A DNA stretch of 64,000 nt from Prochlorococcus sp. AG-679-M23 (GTDB lineage Bacteria > Cyanobacteriota > Cyanobacteriia > PCC-6307 > Cyanobiaceae), in assembly GCA_003208875.1 (NCBI GenBank), contig QCUR01000003.1, positions 64,001-128,000 on the forward strand, written 5' to 3'. The notes under the pieces were generated by a model, which saw only the letters and a list, made by a program, of their open reading frames with translations, did no database searches and was not told the origin of the DNA. Below, piece by piece: positions 53,596 through 63,734 of this stretch. Every line of letters begins with the position of its first letter. Position 1 is the stretch's first letter. The translations under genes were made by a program, and so were the position numbers.

Positions 53596-53676
53596 TCAGT
53601 TAGAGCAGTAAGTCTCAGCTAATAATATATTTACCCTTAAAAGTAGTGTGCCCAAAAAGTGCCCATAATCTAAATT

Positions 53677-54105
53677 TTACTTGAGCTTTTTCAATGCAGT
53701 TAATGATATTGAATGTTTATTATCTCTAGAACTGTAATTAGCAATAGATAGAGCCTTTTGAAAATCTCCAAAATAAAACTCTTCCCAACTCCCATCTTCA
53801 TTAATAGTTAAAACTAATAGCAAGTCAGCTTCTCCTCTAATACCAATTTGTTTGGAATAATGATTTGCTTTGATCTGAACTTTTTTACCATTTTCATCAA
53901 TGGCGTCATATCCACTTGCTCCAGGATCAGCTTTAGTGAAACCATAATGATCAATTGCTACGCATTCTCCATAATCACCTAATAAGTTTCCAAGACCGGA
54001 CCATTTAAATTCAGGAGCTAAACTTCTCAAAGCATTTTGAGCTGCAAATATTGTTGCAAGAATATGTTTTATAGCATGTATTTTTTCTGTCATAACAAAT
54101 TTCAC
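53677..54105 (-). CDS. PD-(D/E)xK-like nuclease-fold protein (DUF6998-like)
   Basis: GNLLGDYGE, GYDA and VQIK motif arrangement of restriction-endonuclease-like folds. Confidence 0.6.
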   Translation of the reverse strand: MKFVMTEKIHAIKHILATIFAAQNALRSLAPEFKWSGLGNLLGDYGECVAIDHYGFTKADPGASGYDAIDENGKKVQIKANHYSKQIGIRGEADLLLVLTINEDGSWEEFYFGDFQKALSIANYSSRDNKHSISLTALKKLK

Positions 54106-54329
54106 ACTTTAAAAATGATTTACATCAAAAACAGATAGTAGTGGGAGTAGTCAACGATTCATCTTCTATTTTTTAAATTTAAAAATAAGTTTGTGTAATT
54201 CGCAATAACTAATAACAGCAGAAGAAAAGTATTAATGGACATTAAATAAACAGGGATTTTATTCCCTTTAATATAAATCGACTTTCAATTACTAACTATT
54301 AGCGAGGAAAATAGTAAAAGTTTCTTTTA

Positions 54330-54635
54330 TTAATCACAACAACTGTCTTTTGTTAAAGAAGAAGTCCAGGAGGTTTCCTCCATTGTTGATAAGTCAACTC
54401 TATGAGTTGCCATCCAGTCACCATTTGCTTCAACAAACTTCTGAACATTTCCTTCTGGCGCTTGATGAATAACAATAATTTTTTGAGGATCTTCCTTGCT
54501 TACTCCTCTGAAAAGCGGCTTAATATCAAATTCTGAATGCCTTTTATCTGCTTCTGCACTATCAAATATCGAAGCCCATTCATCGAAAGTGCTTTCAATT
54601 TTAAAGGTAAACACGGAGGTAACTGAGCAGGACAT
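54330..54635 (-). CDS. DUF3764 family protein
   Basis: FKIESTFDEW, PLFRGVSKEDPQKIIVIHQAPEG. Confidence 0.8.
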   Translation of the reverse strand: MSCSVTSVFTFKIESTFDEWASIFDSAEADKRHSEFDIKPLFRGVSKEDPQKIIVIHQAPEGNVQKFVEANGDWMATHRVDLSTMEETSWTSSLTKDSCCD

Positions 54636-54803
54636 AAAAAAAGGAGCTAATTCCCTCTTATTTTATATCGACTGTCAGTTAATAACTACATTGATTATGT
54701 GCCCATAATGTGGCCAAAATCCGAGAAATTAGTCCTTATTAGGTTAGATTTTTTCTCTAAAAGTACTTTTAGCAAAATAAGTCTCACGTACATCTAGAAA
54801 CTT

Positions 54804-54861
<58 letters not shown>

Positions 54862-54875
54862 AACAAATTCATACT

Positions 54876-54900
54876 AGCGAGTCTACCAACTCGCTTTTTT
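54876..54900 (+). terminator. Rho-independent terminator after att copy 1
   Basis: AGCGAGT-CTACCA-ACTCGCT followed by TTTTT. Confidence 0.7.
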
Positions 54901-55089
54901 ATTTCTCAGAAGTCTCAATAATTCAAAAAGCGATTAAATAGCGATTATTTGTATACCCTTATATGACGTTGTCCAGTTAATCGCTAACAACACTAGTTTC
55001 ACTAAATCTCTAAATAAATAAAATAATCAACAAATTACCAATATTAAAAATTAAACTCCAACCCTGAGAATTAATTTTCAATTTAAAAA

Positions 55090-55203
55090 TTACTTGTACG
55101 TATTTAGTAAAAAAATATAAATCCCCAATAAAACTGATATAGCTACACCTACACCAATAACTGTAGCTGGTTGATTATTCCAAAGCTCTGGAAAATATCC
55201 CAT
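55090..55203 (-). CDS. Single-TM microprotein (37 aa) downstream of hli
   Basis: MGYFPELWNNQPATVIGVGVAISVLLGIYIFLLNTYK; starts 9 nt after the hli stop. Confidence 0.6.
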   Translation of the reverse strand: MGYFPELWNNQPATVIGVGVAISVLLGIYIFLLNTYK

Positions 55204-55212
55204 GATTAAGAA

Positions 55213-55467
55213 TTAAAGGATTGGATATGCTATCCATCCAAATAAGGTGTAGTTAATAATGACAGCCATGAAGCCTATCATTGCCAGCCTTCCATTTGTT
55301 CTTTCCGCAATAAACCAATAGCTATTTGGCCATTTAAATTTAGTCGTATTAGATATTTGATCTTTTGAAAGTGGAGTCTCATTAGAAGTATTGTCCTGAT
55401 CAATATAATATTTGCTATCTGGATAAAAGCTTTCGCTTCGAATATTGTCTTCTTTTTTTTTAATCAT
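55213..55467 (-). CDS. hli: High-light inducible protein (long N-terminus type)
   Basis: AERTNGRLAMIGF chlorophyll-binding motif. Confidence 0.9.
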   Translation of the reverse strand: MIKKKEDNIRSESFYPDSKYYIDQDNTSNETPLSKDQISNTTKFKWPNSYWFIAERTNGRLAMIGFMAVIINYTLFGWIAYPIL

Positions 55468-55774
55468 TTTTAAAAATTTGAATTTTATACATCTTAAAAA
55501 CTAAAAAACCTAAATAGGTTAAAAAACCATTTATTCAAAAAACCTTTTACTTACATGAAAAAGAGCCAATTTTCCCTTATTTAGATCCACTACCAATCAA
55601 TAATATTTTATGTTTTTAAAAATCACTAGGTCGAGCCTTAGCGATTAATTGTATACCTAAGGATAGTATTGTAAATCTTTGGCCTATTTTTAAGACTTGT
55701 AACTTTATAGATAAAGCAACTAACGAGCTATAGCCTCACTTGTTTATTTAACCTACTGTCTCAATTAGTCGTAT

Positions 55775-55822
55775 GGGTGCTTTGGGAGAACCAGGTCGCA
55801 GGTTTGAATCCTGTCGCCCCGA
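55775..55822 (+). repeat. Partial tRNA-Pro copy 2 (att-like)
   Basis: 45/48 identical to 53548-53595. Confidence 0.93.
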
Positions 55823-56058
55823 TCATTTATAGCAACGGATCCTATATATTTTTTACATTCTGAAATGAGAAAGGGTAGCTAGAAGGGCAGCTAAGAAGTA
55901 CTTATAAATAAATATGCAAATATTTCTATTCATTGAAAAAACCATTTAGCAAGAATGTGCACTAATTAAAACAATTTTTGCAAATCTAATTTATTTAGAA
56001 CTCTTTTTTTCCACAATCGAAGGTTATAAAATTGACTGTATAAAATTTTTTTTCTTAA

Positions 56059-56913
56059 GTGAAACTTTTTTTATCAGGTCTTCCAAGATTCAACGAAAAA
56101 TCTCTGAGTGATTTAAAGTTATTTCTGAAAAAAAATAAGATTCAGAAAATATATGCAGCCTTTTGGATATCTGATTTAGATTCTCAGAGAAAAGTTGAAA
56201 ACTTTAGAAATATATTTAAAAATGCTGATGTTTTTGAAGTCCCCGAAAAATTATTTAAATCAAGAGATACTTTTTATTGGATGGAATTAAAAGATAAAAG
56301 GATAGAAAAACAATATTTCTTATTAAATTTTCTTTTAAATAAAATTCCAGAGCAATACGGAGAATTTGTTAGATATAGAAGTGATTTAGTATGGGAAATA
56401 ATACCTCAAATACAAGATAAGCTTAAAAAAAATATTTTTTTAACTACTCCATTTGAAGGCCATGAATACGTACCCTTTGAACCAAACATATTAAACGATC
56501 AATTTTATATTGCGGAAATTTCATTGATAAGATCAGTTTTTAGAATTATTTTTGAGAGTAATCCTAAAGAATTAAGAGCTCTTCATCTAAAGCAGAAAAC
56601 AAAGCTTTGCTTTACTCAACCGCCTTGTTCTTTGCAAGGCATAGAGGGTTTACTCTTTGAGATTTTGTCAGAACTTAGAGCTGATATTAATTATTGCTTT
56701 GGTTATTACTCTATTTTTTATAAGCCAGAACAAACTCTTTTTAAAAAACTATGTCTTTTTGAAATTAATCACCCATCAATATTCTTCTTTAAAAATTCTC
56801 CATCAAGAATTAATTTAGCATTTCTACTTAATTTTTTTGTTTGGCTTCCAGGGAGATTTAGTCTCAAACTTAATAAAGTTATGACAAAAATTAAGATTTA
56901 TCTCTTTTCGTAA
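56059..56913 (+). CDS. Hypothetical protein, possibly glycan-modifying
   Basis: 284-aa ORF with LSGLPR, RYRSD and NDQF motifs. Confidence 0.6.
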   Translation: MKLFLSGLPRFNEKSLSDLKLFLKKNKIQKIYAAFWISDLDSQRKVENFRNIFKNADVFEVPEKLFKSRDTFYWMELKDKRIEKQYFLLNFLLNKIPEQYGEFVRYRSDLVWEIIPQIQDKLKKNIFLTTPFEGHEYVPFEPNILNDQFYIAEISLIRSVFRIIFESNPKELRALHLKQKTKLCFTQPPCSLQGIEGLLFEILSELRADINYCFGYYSIFYKPEQTLFKKLCLFEINHPSIFFFKNSPSRINLAFLLNFFVWLPGRFSLKLNKVMTKIKIYLFS

Positions 56914-57097
56914 ATAAATATAAGAGTTAAAACATGAATCAAAAAAAAACTTAAGCTTGCAAAGGGGTAGCTAGTGATTAATTACATGTAAGTATAAGCA
57001 AGGATAATGAGACTGATAACTTATAAAAGTTATTGAAAATTTAATTAATATTTATGTTATAAAAATCTCAAGATTTTTTAAAAATACTGCTAAGTAA

Positions 57098-57139
57098 TTT
57101 GGAAGCACTAAGTCGCAGGTTCTAATCATATAGCCCCGA
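57098..57139 (+). repeat. Partial tRNA-Pro copy 3 (degenerate att)
   Basis: 36/42 identical to 53554-53595. Confidence 0.85.
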
Positions 57140-57268
57140 TTTGTTATTGAAGTAAGTCTCTGCTAATTCATAATTTATCCTAAAAAATAGATTGCTCAAA
57201 AAGTACTCAAATTTAAATTTATAAAGAAATTAATTTAGCAAATATTTATAAAAAATTTGTTTCTGAAG

Positions 57269-57925
57269 TTAAAAATTAGATTTCAGATTTTTTAAAAACT
57301 TGAAATCACTTTCATAAAAATCATAAAGAAAACTTAAATCTCTAGGAGTTAATTCTTCTTTAATCCATAATTTATTTTTACTTGAGTTGATTTTAGGAAC
57401 TCCCAAAAATACTTTTAATTTATTTTGCAAGATTTTGGGGACTTCATGATTTAGTTCATCAAAAAGAATTACCTTATCAACTAACAATTTATTAGTTTCA
57501 CTATCATACAAAAATTTTACTTGAGGAGAAATATGTCTTTGCAAATCACTAAATTTATTTAGTTTAATCACCTTTGATATATACTCCTCTACACTTTCAA
57601 TTCCATTAATATTATTTGAATTTTTTTTTGGAATTCTTTGATAATTAATTTCTGACAATATTCGGTCAACTGGATTTCTTATAATTGAAAATTTAAAAAA
57701 ATTATCATATTTTTCTTTTGGAATATATCCAAATTTAAAATACTCTTCGGCATAAAGATGTGCTAGTCTTTCGGGACCTTTTTCATTAGCCTTCCTAGGG
57801 CGTAAAAGTAAGGGGTGTCTCTGTTGCCAATTAAGACCTAAGTCTGTAAGAAAGATATTTTCAATAGATTGGCCTGCACATTTAGGTATATGGATAAAAA
57901 TAATTTTATGTTTTATTGAAATCAT
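57269..57925 (-). CDS. Sulfotransferase family 2 protein
   Basis: IFIHIPKCAGQSIE (5'-PSB), IRNPVDRILSE (3'-PB), HISPQ, YESDF. Confidence 0.88.
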   Translation of the reverse strand: MISIKHKIIFIHIPKCAGQSIENIFLTDLGLNWQQRHPLLLRPRKANEKGPERLAHLYAEEYFKFGYIPKEKYDNFFKFSIIRNPVDRILSEINYQRIPKKNSNNINGIESVEEYISKVIKLNKFSDLQRHISPQVKFLYDSETNKLLVDKVILFDELNHEVPKILQNKLKVFLGVPKINSSKNKLWIKEELTPRDLSFLYDFYESDFKFLKNLKSNF

Positions 57926-57989
57926 CTCAAAAAATTTTTATTTATTAAGGAGTTATTTTTATAGAAATTTAATTTTATGATACCAATTA

Positions 57990-58032
57990 CTTTGGCTACT
58001 CTAGGTCGCAAGTTCGAATCCTGTCGCCCCTA
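57990..58032 (+). repeat. Partial tRNA-Pro copy 4 (degenerate att)
   Basis: 37/43 identical to 53553-53595 (30/32 over the 3' part). Confidence 0.88.
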
Positions 58033-58432
58033 CTCTAATAATCTAAGTCATAGAATGATTTCCCAGCTTGTCTTTTTTATTGATAATTCTCTCATATTGA
58101 AATAGGGGATCTGTAGGTGGATCTAGAATCTTCAAAAATCCCCAATAGGTACTTAATTAATGACACTATCGGATGCAGAAGTAAAAGTATCCTTAAATAG
58201 TGACTTTAATGCTTATATGAAAGCTATTTTTTTAACATTAATTGTTGAACAGTTTGTATCTTTATTCCAAATATTCTTTGCTTACTTTTAATTTGATTGA
58301 TGTTTTAGTAATTTGTAAATCTTCAGAACAAAACCTTCTTTTTAGATAAATGAATTATCAATTTATTATCCAATAAATTATGTCATTTACTATCATTTAA
58401 TTATATCAACAAGTAAATTACGCAAATATTAA

Positions 58433-60220
58433 ATGGATGATAAAAGTAAAAAAGAAATCCAAGCATTTAAAGCTTTAAAAAAAGGCAACCATCTAGAGGC
58501 AGAAAATTTACTTAGACAAATTGTCTCAGATGGAACTAATAATTATTTTATTTATGGAAACTTGGCAATTTTAAGTGGAAAAAAAGGAAATATTAATGAA
58601 ATGCTCGAATACTTAACGCATTCAACCAAGCTAAACCCAAATTACGCTGAAGGGTATTTTAATTTAGGCATTATTTATTTAAAAAAAGGGGATTTTGATA
58701 ATGCTGTAAATTCTTTTTTAAACACAATTAGAATAAGGCCTGAGGACTCAAATGCTCTAAATATGCTTGGAGTAGCTTTTTTTAAAAAAGGAAATATAAA
58801 ATCATCAATTAGTTATTATTCAAAGGCAATAAAATTAAATCCCCAGAACGAAAACATCTATAACAACCTGGCAATTGCATATTCAAAGTCAGGTAATATT
58901 GAAGCTGCCGTATCAATTTACTTAAAGGCCTTAAAAATAGATTCAAATAGTTTTTCTACACTTTTTAATTTAGGAAGAATTTATCAACAAAAAGGTGATT
59001 TAGAAAAAGCTTTGGAAACTTTCGAAGCAATATTAAAGCTCAAAAATGTTTATTCCCTTGATTTGGTCTTCAATGAAATTGGAATTACCTTACAAAAAAA
59101 AGGAGATTTTCAATCAGCTATTAAAGCTTATTTAAAAGCAATTAAGCTCAATAAAAATTTAATCCAGTCATACAATAATTTGGGTTATGCTCAATTTGAA
59201 ATGGAGGATTTTGACTCCGCTACCTCCAGTTTTTTAAAGGCAATAAAACTTAATTCCAAAAATGCAATAGCTAGAAAAAATTTAAGTAAAATCTTTTTGC
59301 TCAACGGAAATTACAAGGAGGGATTAAAAAATTATGAATACAGGTATGAGCATTCAAACATAAGAATCCTTCCACACGCATCTCCCAATATTCCTATTTG
59401 GAGTGGGGAGGATTCAGAAAGGCCTGATAAGTTATTAGTTGTCTCAGAACAAGGTTTAGGAGATACCCTCCAGTTCATGAGATTTTTACCTTTATTAAGA
59501 AAAAAAGATCAAAAGGTTTATTTTTGTGCTCAAGAAAAACTTCACGGTCTAATCAAAAATTCAAAAATAGACTTGGATCCATTATCCCCAAATAAAGCAA
59601 ATAAATTTTCAGAAGGCAAATGGATTCCATTATTATCACTTCCAAAAATACTTAATATTCGTCCAAAAAATCAACTTATAAAGTCTCCCTATATCATTTC
59701 TGATGAGTATTTAATTAATAAATGGAAATTATTATTTTCTAAATATGAAGAGAAAATAATTGGCATTCATTGGCAAGGTAACCCAGATACTGAGCAAGGA
59801 ATTCATAAAGGAAGATCTTTATTACTTAGCGAATTTTCAACACTAGCTGAAAATAGTAAATGCAAATTTTTATCCTTGCAAAAAGGTTATGGAGAGGAAC
59901 AATTAAAAGATTGCCTATTTAAGGATAAATTTGTTGATTTTCAAAAAGAGGTCAATGAGATCTGGGATTTTGTTGAAACATCATCAATTATTGCAAATTG
60001 TGATTTGATAATTACTTCAGACTCTGCAGTTGCTCACTTGGCTGCAGGCATGGGTAAAAAAACATGGCTATTACTTCAAAAAATACCTGATTGGAGATGG
60101 GGTTTAAGAGGGAATCATACCTTCTGGTATGAAAGCATGGAAATATTTCGCCAAGTTGAGATAAATAATTGGCGGGAAGTAATGATAAGGGTTTCAATAA
60201 GACTAAATAATTTTTTTTAA
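58433..60220 (+). CDS. TPR-repeat protein with GT9-like glycosyltransferase domain
   Basis: About 8 TPRs; EQGLGDTLQFMRF, DLIITSDSAVAHLAAGMG, DWRWG, WYESMEIFRQ. Confidence 0.88.
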   Translation: MDDKSKKEIQAFKALKKGNHLEAENLLRQIVSDGTNNYFIYGNLAILSGKKGNINEMLEYLTHSTKLNPNYAEGYFNLGIIYLKKGDFDNAVNSFLNTIRIRPEDSNALNMLGVAFFKKGNIKSSISYYSKAIKLNPQNENIYNNLAIAYSKSGNIEAAVSIYLKALKIDSNSFSTLFNLGRIYQQKGDLEKALETFEAILKLKNVYSLDLVFNEIGITLQKKGDFQSAIKAYLKAIKLNKNLIQSYNNLGYAQFEMEDFDSATSSFLKAIKLNSKNAIARKNLSKIFLLNGNYKEGLKNYEYRYEHSNIRILPHASPNIPIWSGEDSERPDKLLVVSEQGLGDTLQFMRFLPLLRKKDQKVYFCAQEKLHGLIKNSKIDLDPLSPNKANKFSEGKWIPLLSLPKILNIRPKNQLIKSPYIISDEYLINKWKLLFSKYEEKIIGIHWQGNPDTEQGIHKGRSLLLSEFSTLAENSKCKFLSLQKGYGEEQLKDCLFKDKFVDFQKEVNEIWDFVETSSIIANCDLIITSDSAVAHLAAGMGKKTWLLLQKIPDWRWGLRGNHTFWYESMEIFRQVEINNWREVMIRVSIRLNNFF

Positions 60221-60229
60221 TAATTAAAT

Positions 60230-60631
60230 ATGAAAAAATCCTCTATTAAAAAAAAAGTTATTAATGCTCCAATCTCAATTGGAGAGCTCATAGATAAAAT
60301 TACTATCCTTGAAATCAAAAAAATTAAATTACAAAATTCTAAATTGGAAAATGTATTGAAAGAACTTTCTTTTTTGAGAAAATTAATGGAAAGACACCAA
60401 ATAGAAATAACTGATGATTTATTTACTCAGCTTAAAGAAATAAACCTAACATTATGGAATATTGAGGACCAAATAAGAATAAAAGAGAAAAACAAAGAAT
60501 TCGATAATACTTTTATTGAATTAGCCAGATCTGTTTATTTTAAAAATGATAAACGTGCAGAAATTAAAAAAAGTATAAATCGATTATCAAATTCTGAAAT
60601 TACTGAAGAAAAGTTTTATGAAGATTATTAA
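60230..60631 (+). CDS. DUF6165-like protein
   Basis: PISIGELIDKITILEIK, LWNIEDQIR, ARSVYFKNDKRA. Confidence 0.8.
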   Translation: MKKSSIKKKVINAPISIGELIDKITILEIKKIKLQNSKLENVLKELSFLRKLMERHQIEITDDLFTQLKEINLTLWNIEDQIRIKEKNKEFDNTFIELARSVYFKNDKRAEIKKSINRLSNSEITEEKFYEDY

Positions 60632-60658
60632 ATACTGAAACCTATATGGTTTGCAGTC

Positions 60659-61459
60659 TTAAAACAAATTTAATAAATCGTTTGGCAAATTAGGAAATTT
60701 TATAATTTCTTCTTTTATAAAATTCTTCATTAATTTTTTTTCTTTATCACAAATCTCCATTGCTTTTCCGTAAATAAATTTTTCTTTATTTGGTTTTGTT
60801 GGTTGCTGGAATGTATTGATCTTAAGTTTATCGCATATATATTCAATGGTTGTTTCAAAATTATTTTTCAATTCCGAATAATTTACTAAAACTATATTCG
60901 ATGAATTTCTTGCTGAGTTTTTCGCATCAATTATGTGTGATGCCCATCTCGCAAAATAATTCGTATAATTTTCTATTTGATATCTTTGCGACTGTCCTTT
61001 TGGATTAGTTTTAATAAGTTCTAAGGGTGAACTTAACTTAGGGCCTTCCAACCAATTCCATCTATGCAAAAACTTCCAATAAGAAATAAAAACCTCCTCA
61101 GGATTCCTATAAATGTATATAACCCTACATAAATTTTTATTATGATCCAAAAGACTTAAAGGGAAATGGGACTTGATAATACTGTTAACGCAGTAAGTGT
61201 TACATTCATTTTGACTAATGTCTTGCAAAGAAAAAAGAAATTTATTCATACTTTCCTTTGAAAAAAAATTAACAAAAGAACCTAAAGGCATATAGTCAAA
61301 GTTTAAGAATGGATTAACGGTGTATTCAGTACATTCTGCAATTGAGTTCATCATGAAATGAGTCCCGCTTCTTTCATGAGAACATACCATTAAGGGAATC
61401 TTCACTTTCTCAGAACAAGAGAGTATAAAGCTTGGACCGTTGATCTTGTAATTAATCAT
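60659..61459 (-). CDS. Sulfotransferase domain protein
   Basis: SHERSGTHF (5'-PSB), KSH, YRNPEEVFISY (3'-PB). Confidence 0.82.
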   Translation of the reverse strand: MINYKINGPSFILSCSEKVKIPLMVCSHERSGTHFMMNSIAECTEYTVNPFLNFDYMPLGSFVNFFSKESMNKFLFSLQDISQNECNTYCVNSIIKSHFPLSLLDHNKNLCRVIYIYRNPEEVFISYWKFLHRWNWLEGPKLSSPLELIKTNPKGQSQRYQIENYTNYFARWASHIIDAKNSARNSSNIVLVNYSELKNNFETTIEYICDKLKINTFQQPTKPNKEKFIYGKAMEICDKEKKLMKNFIKEEIIKFPNLPNDLLNLF

Positions 61460-61464
61460 TGGAT

Positions 61465-61842
61465 CTAAAATTTAAGTTTTGTTTTTACTCTATTTTTATT
61501 TACAGAATTAAATTTAAAAAGTCCCGAATCAGTAAATATAGTCAATTCATCTCCATATGATTCTTTTATAGATAAACCTTCAGACTCTAAATTTTTAACA
61601 AATACATTTCCAATTAGTTTTAAAATTTTCTCATCTTTGTCATAAGTAAGTTTATTTGAGGAAGCTTCAAAATTATTATTAATACTTTTGATAATTACAT
61701 TACCAATAGCTTCAAAATTACCTTTGACATTTTGTATCTGAGAATCAGAAATTATAGTGTAATTCAGTTTCTCTTTTGCAAATGAAATTTCGCTTAGAAG
61801 AAATAGTACTGCTGCAAATAGTGAAAATTTCATTTTATGCAA
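61465..61842 (-). CDS. LptA/OstA-like exported protein
   Basis: Signal peptide; IISDSQ, AIGNVII, LKLIGNVFV beta-jellyroll pattern. Confidence 0.65.
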   Translation of the reverse strand: MHKMKFSLFAAVLFLLSEISFAKEKLNYTIISDSQIQNVKGNFEAIGNVIIKSINNNFEASSNKLTYDKDEKILKLIGNVFVKNLESEGLSIKESYGDELTIFTDSGLFKFNSVNKNRVKTKLKF

Positions 61843-62087
61843 TTCTTATAACCTTCTATTTTTGCTAATTCTTTAATACTTAAACCAGTATCTTTTAAAA
61901 GTGTTTCTCCAATATTATCGTTATTGAATTTATTTAAAGCACCTTTTTCAGAGAGTTTTATACATATGTTTTTATATTTAGCTTCTTTAATTACTGGAGA
62001 TACATACAAACCTAATAAAATTAAAAAGCCTCCAAAAGTTAGAACTCTTCTATGATTTTTCCACCATTGATAAAATTTATTAGTCAT
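61830..62087 (-). CDS. Small hypothetical membrane protein
   Basis: 85 aa, one TM, two Cys. Confidence 0.65.
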   Translation of the reverse strand: MTNKFYQWWKNHRRVLTFGGFLILLGLYVSPVIKEAKYKNICIKLSEKGALNKFNNDNIGETLLKDTGLSIKELAKIEGYKNCIK

Positions 62088-62173
62088 TTAAGAAAGACAG
62101 TTTTATCTCTCTAATATAGAGTATCTTTACATTCGTTTAATAAATATTTTTAAATTCTATAAATTTAAAATTT

Positions 62174-62449
62174 TCAAAATTTCCGAAAACAAGCATCTCC
62201 AACTAACAATACTTTCCAATACTTATTTTTAGCATTTTTAATCCTTAATAAATAATTTGGATTGACTGAGAGAATAGTTTTAATTTGGATATTACCGTCA
62301 CTTCCATCTTTTATAATATTGTAAAAGCATTTCCTACTATTTATTGAAATTATCCCAGGCCAAATTGCAATAACTCCTAGAGAAAAACCTAAAAAAAGAA
62401 TAGATAAATTTTTGATATAAAAAACTTTAAAAAATTTTTTCTTTCTCAT
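62174..62449 (-). CDS. Small hypothetical membrane protein
   Basis: 91 aa, one TM, C-terminal VGDACFR. Confidence 0.6.
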   Translation of the reverse strand: MRKKKFFKVFYIKNLSILFLGFSLGVIAIWPGIISINSRKCFYNIIKDGSDGNIQIKTILSVNPNYLLRIKNAKNKYWKVLLVGDACFRKF

Positions 62450-62890
62450 TTCAAAATTTATTTTGTTGAATTAATTTATTACAATATTCACAAATAAAAA
62501 AACTTCTACCAAAGCGATTATACTGCTATTTTTCAAGACTAATTTTTTAACCACTCGATAAACCCTCCTCAGGATTACAAAGTTTTATCCTAAATGCCTG
62601 ATTGTAGTATAAAAATATCCATACGCTACTAATAATAAATTAGGAATAGTTTAAAAGTTTCAAAAAGGTAATAAAAACTAATTTCAAAAATAAATTATTT
62701 AGTGAATTGTTAATTCAATACTTTATATCGATTTAATAATTAATAATGTTAGTAAAAACAAAAAATATTAGCCCAAGTAAAAAACTTTTAAGTATTTTCA
62801 AGAATTATACTTTATTATTTATGAATGCTTAAATTAAATACAATACCTACGTTTTGTGGAATAGTATAGATATTTAAATTGTAATTAAAA

Positions 62891-63142
62891 ATGTTTAGCT
62901 CAAAAGAATCCGATTCAGCAAATCCAGAAAATAAAAAATTTCCTACATTAGACTTTGATGGTAAGAAATACGATATAAATTCACTGCCTGACGAAGTTAA
63001 AGATCTTATCAAAGGTTTACAAGTTGCAGATACACAAATTCGAATGCATAAAGATACTTTAAAACTTTTAGATTTAGGAAGAAAATCACTTGGCGCTCAA
63101 TTAAAACAAAAATTAGAAAATATATTTCCAGTAGAAGACTAA
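62891..63142 (+). CDS. DUF6447-like small protein
   Basis: LDFDGKKYDINSLPDEVKDLIKGLQVADTQI followed by a coiled coil. Confidence 0.7.
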   Translation: MFSSKESDSANPENKKFPTLDFDGKKYDINSLPDEVKDLIKGLQVADTQIRMHKDTLKLLDLGRKSLGAQLKQKLENIFPVED

Positions 63143-63231
63143 AAAATTTAATTAACTTAATCTAGTTGATTTGATAAAAATCCTTTTTAATTATCTTATA
63201 TTTAAGTTATTAAAATATTCTTAAAAATTAA

Positions 63232-63429
63232 ATGATTAATTCTATTGATACTGAACATTTACCTCTTAAAGATTTAATTATTTCTGGTTTAATAATTTTC
63301 ATAATGTCCACAATTATTGCCAACATTTATAATCCATTATGGGGTTTCACTTATGCTTTTGGTAATATTTTAACTCTTGTATTCTTGAGCTGGCTTTATC
63401 AAGATACATGGAATGACAATCAGAAATAA
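63232..63429 (+). CDS. Small hypothetical membrane protein
   Basis: 65 aa, two hydrophobic segments. Confidence 0.5.
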   Translation: MINSIDTEHLPLKDLIISGLIIFIMSTIIANIYNPLWGFTYAFGNILTLVFLSWLYQDTWNDNQK

Positions 63430-63529
63430 TTACTATATGATAAATCTTGCTTTATAAAAACTTATTCAGTAATGTACAAAATCCAACATTAGTAAAAAAA
63501 CTTTTTAATATATAAGAAACTGTACTAAA

Positions 63530-63727
63530 TTGAGTAATTCTGATTTTGATAAAAATGGAGTTGATAGTAATGGAACACATTGGCTTCAATATGCTGCTTT
63601 TGCCTTTTCAGCTTTTGCCATCTTTACTACTTGGGCCTTCTTTTTTGATTATAAATTTCATAATTTTATATTAAATATTCTCAGAGTTTTTAATTGTAGT
63701 GGCTTCAACTGTAATGGTGTTTACTAG
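63530..63727 (+). CDS. Small hypothetical membrane protein
   Basis: 65 aa, DKNGVDSNG, one TM, CxxxxC at the C-terminus. Confidence 0.55.
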   Translation: MSNSDFDKNGVDSNGTHWLQYAAFAFSAFAIFTTWAFFFDYKFHNFILNILRVFNCSGFNCNGVY

Positions 63728-63734
63728 GATAATA

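Noticed and set aside
55624..55633. CACTAGGTCG, a 10-nt match to the tRNA-Pro core inside cassette B
   Set aside because: Too short and the flanks do not match; cannot be called a fifth att copy.
62511..62520. Lone AAAGCGATTA resembling the cassette B motif
   Set aside because: Single copy with no att core nearby; plausible by chance.
62815..63012. 65-aa minus-strand ORF
   Set aside because: Antisense shadow of the better-supported 62891-63142 gene.
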